Shown: piece by piece, positions 35,603-36,739 of the stretch
How positions within the stretch are numbered: the first letter of the stretch is position 1
Layout of the letters: each line of letters opens with the position of its first letter
Assembly: GCA_964481435.1 (NCBI GenBank)
Contig: CAYZTH010000003.1
Coordinates: forward strand, 1-36,739
From: Candidatus Woesearchaeota archaeon
GTDB lineage: Archaea; Nanobdellota; Nanobdellia; Pacearchaeales; UBA284
DNA: 36,739 bases
Direction: 5' to 3'
Position numbers and translations under genes: made by a program
Notes under the pieces: model-generated
Database searches by the model: none
Told to the model about the DNA's origin: nothing
What the model saw: only the letters and a program-made list of their open reading frames with translations

Positions 35603-36286
35603 ATGGGGCTTTTGGATATATTTCGGAAAAGAAAAAAAGAAGTAGATAGCGTAGATCCTTTTAGAGAGATTGATTTTGTAAAGGGGAATTATAAGGCCTT
35701 TTTCGATTTACTTTTAAATAAGAGCTTAATCATCTTGATAACTGGAAAAAGAGGTTCTGGAAAGACGGCCCTAGGGTTTACCTTATTAGAATTAATGGGA
35801 TCTTGCAAAGAGAAATGTTATGTTGTTGGTTTTGATAAGGCCAAATTACCATCTTGGGCAAAAAAAACTAAAAAATTAGAAGATGTTCCAAATAATTCAA
35901 CTGCCTTAGTAGATGAAGGAGCAATATTATACTCTTCACGAGATTCCCTAAATAAATCCAATAAAATGTTGGGAAGTTTGATGTCTATTGCAAGACATAA
36001 AAATCTAAACTTGATTCTAATCTCTCAGAATTCTGCGATGATTGACCTAAATGTGCTAAGATTAGCCGATGTCTTATTATTGAAGGAACCTAGCTTATTA
36101 CAATCTGAATTTGAAAGACCTGCAATAAAGAAGATGTATCAGAAAATAAAACCTTTCTTTATTAAACAAGACGATAATAGGTCCAAATACTTCTATGTTT
36201 GGAGTGATGAATTTGAGGGTTTGCTCGGGTTTAATTTACCTTCTTTTTGGAATGAGTCTATTAGCAAGTCTTTTAAGAATATATAA
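35603..36286 (+). CDS. P-loop ATPase, Zot/pI-like (FtsK-HerA superfamily)
   Basis: Walker A ITGKRGSGKT, Walker B LVDEG, and ARH...LILISQ (Arg-His followed by Gln). Confidence 0.7.
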   Translation: MGLLDIFRKRKKEVDSVDPFREIDFVKGNYKAFFDLLLNKSLIILITGKRGSGKTALGFTLLELMGSCKEKCYVVGFDKAKLPSWAKKTKKLEDVPNNSTALVDEGAILYSSRDSLNKSNKMLGSLMSIARHKNLNLILISQNSAMIDLNVLRLADVLLLKEPSLLQSEFERPAIKKMYQKIKPFFIKQDDNRSKYFYVWSDEFEGLLGFNLPSFWNESISKSFKNI

Positions 36287-36431
36287 TCCCAATTCTTTAA
36301 AAAATGAATGCCCCACCGAAGATTGGAGTATAGAAGGACGGGTTTATTTTTTCTTTTCTAAGCTTTCAAAATCCCGTAAAAAGAAACAAAAGGTAAACAA
36401 TTAAAAGTCACCATTCCCTTTGGGCGAAAGA

Positions 36432-36686
36432 ATGAAGAACAAAAAAATCACTATTCCCCAGGAAGTTAGAGTAAATACCAACGAAAGGATATATTTTGAT
36501 AAAAACCTTAAGATAGTTGAAACACCCACAAAAGAGGATTTAGAGATTATAGAGAAAATAAAAAATAAAGAATTTGAGCCTCGAAAAGTATTAAACCTCA
36601 AATTAAAAGCAGAAGAAGCTGCAAAACAATCTGAAATAAGAGAATTAATCTCTTATCCCATGAATGACGTCCTCCCCACACTTTAG
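36432..36686 (+). CDS. Hypothetical protein, probably truncated by IS insertion
   Basis: The last codons (NDVLPTL*) lie inside the IS200/IS605 end hairpin. Confidence 0.5.
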   Translation: MKNKKITIPQEVRVNTNERIYFDKNLKIVETPTKEDLEIIEKIKNKEFEPRKVLNLKLKAEEAAKQSEIRELISYPMNDVLPTL

Positions 36687-36739
36687 TGTGGGGTTTCCTA
36701 AGTGATGCTCCTTCTGATTTCTTACATATTCAGTGATTA
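36645..36739 (-). mobile_element. tnpA: 3' end of an IS200/IS605-family element: tnpA (Y1 transposase) C-terminus and right-end hairpin
   Basis: The minus strand reads ITEYVRNQKEHH... (YxxxQ helix) to TAA at 36645-36647, and GGAAACCCCACAC-TAAA-GTGTGGGGAGGACGTCA is a typical subterminal hairpin. Confidence 0.78.

Noticed and set aside
150-36601. Other short antisense or nested ORFs in the track (e.g. 6465-6872, 8961-9329, 22080-22463, 25401-25904)
   Set aside because: They lie within well-supported genes and show antisense-type composition.

Overview
AT-rich, gene-dense chromosomal segment of a small-genome archaeon, most likely DPANN (Pacearchaeota/Woesearchaeota-like). The lineage is inferred from the gene set, archaeal BRE/TATA promoters, short or absent leaders and CCA-less tRNAs. 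Housekeeping genes include SppA, a JAMM protease, type II MetAP, a NOP2/Sun m5C methyltransferase with its PUA partner, a tRNA methylthiotransferase, ArgRS, a PAC2 chaperone, YchF, Dph5, an RRM protein, a DEAD-box helicase, tRNA-Arg(UCU) and a non-canonical tRNA-Cys(GCA). Most notable: (i) a complete but rearranged oap/arv vesiculation-GTPase trio, with arvC divergent from arvAB across a mirror-symmetric promoter and coupled to a LOG/SLOG-like gene; (ii) two giant surface proteins, one with an LPFF-TM-KKKK sorting-signal-like tail and repeated GGITG domains; (iii) a HEPN-MNT pair with three palindromic operator-like boxes at 22-bp spacing; (iv) Arg-rich singleton genes, several resembling degenerate enzymes, scattered among Lys-rich housekeeping genes; (v) a stalked membrane-anchored lipase-like protein; (vi) a TatD-Nudix fusion; (vii) a Zot/pI-like ATPase downstream of tRNA-Cys and the 3' end of an IS200/IS605 element at the right edge. 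All calls come from reading motifs by eye; no searches were run.
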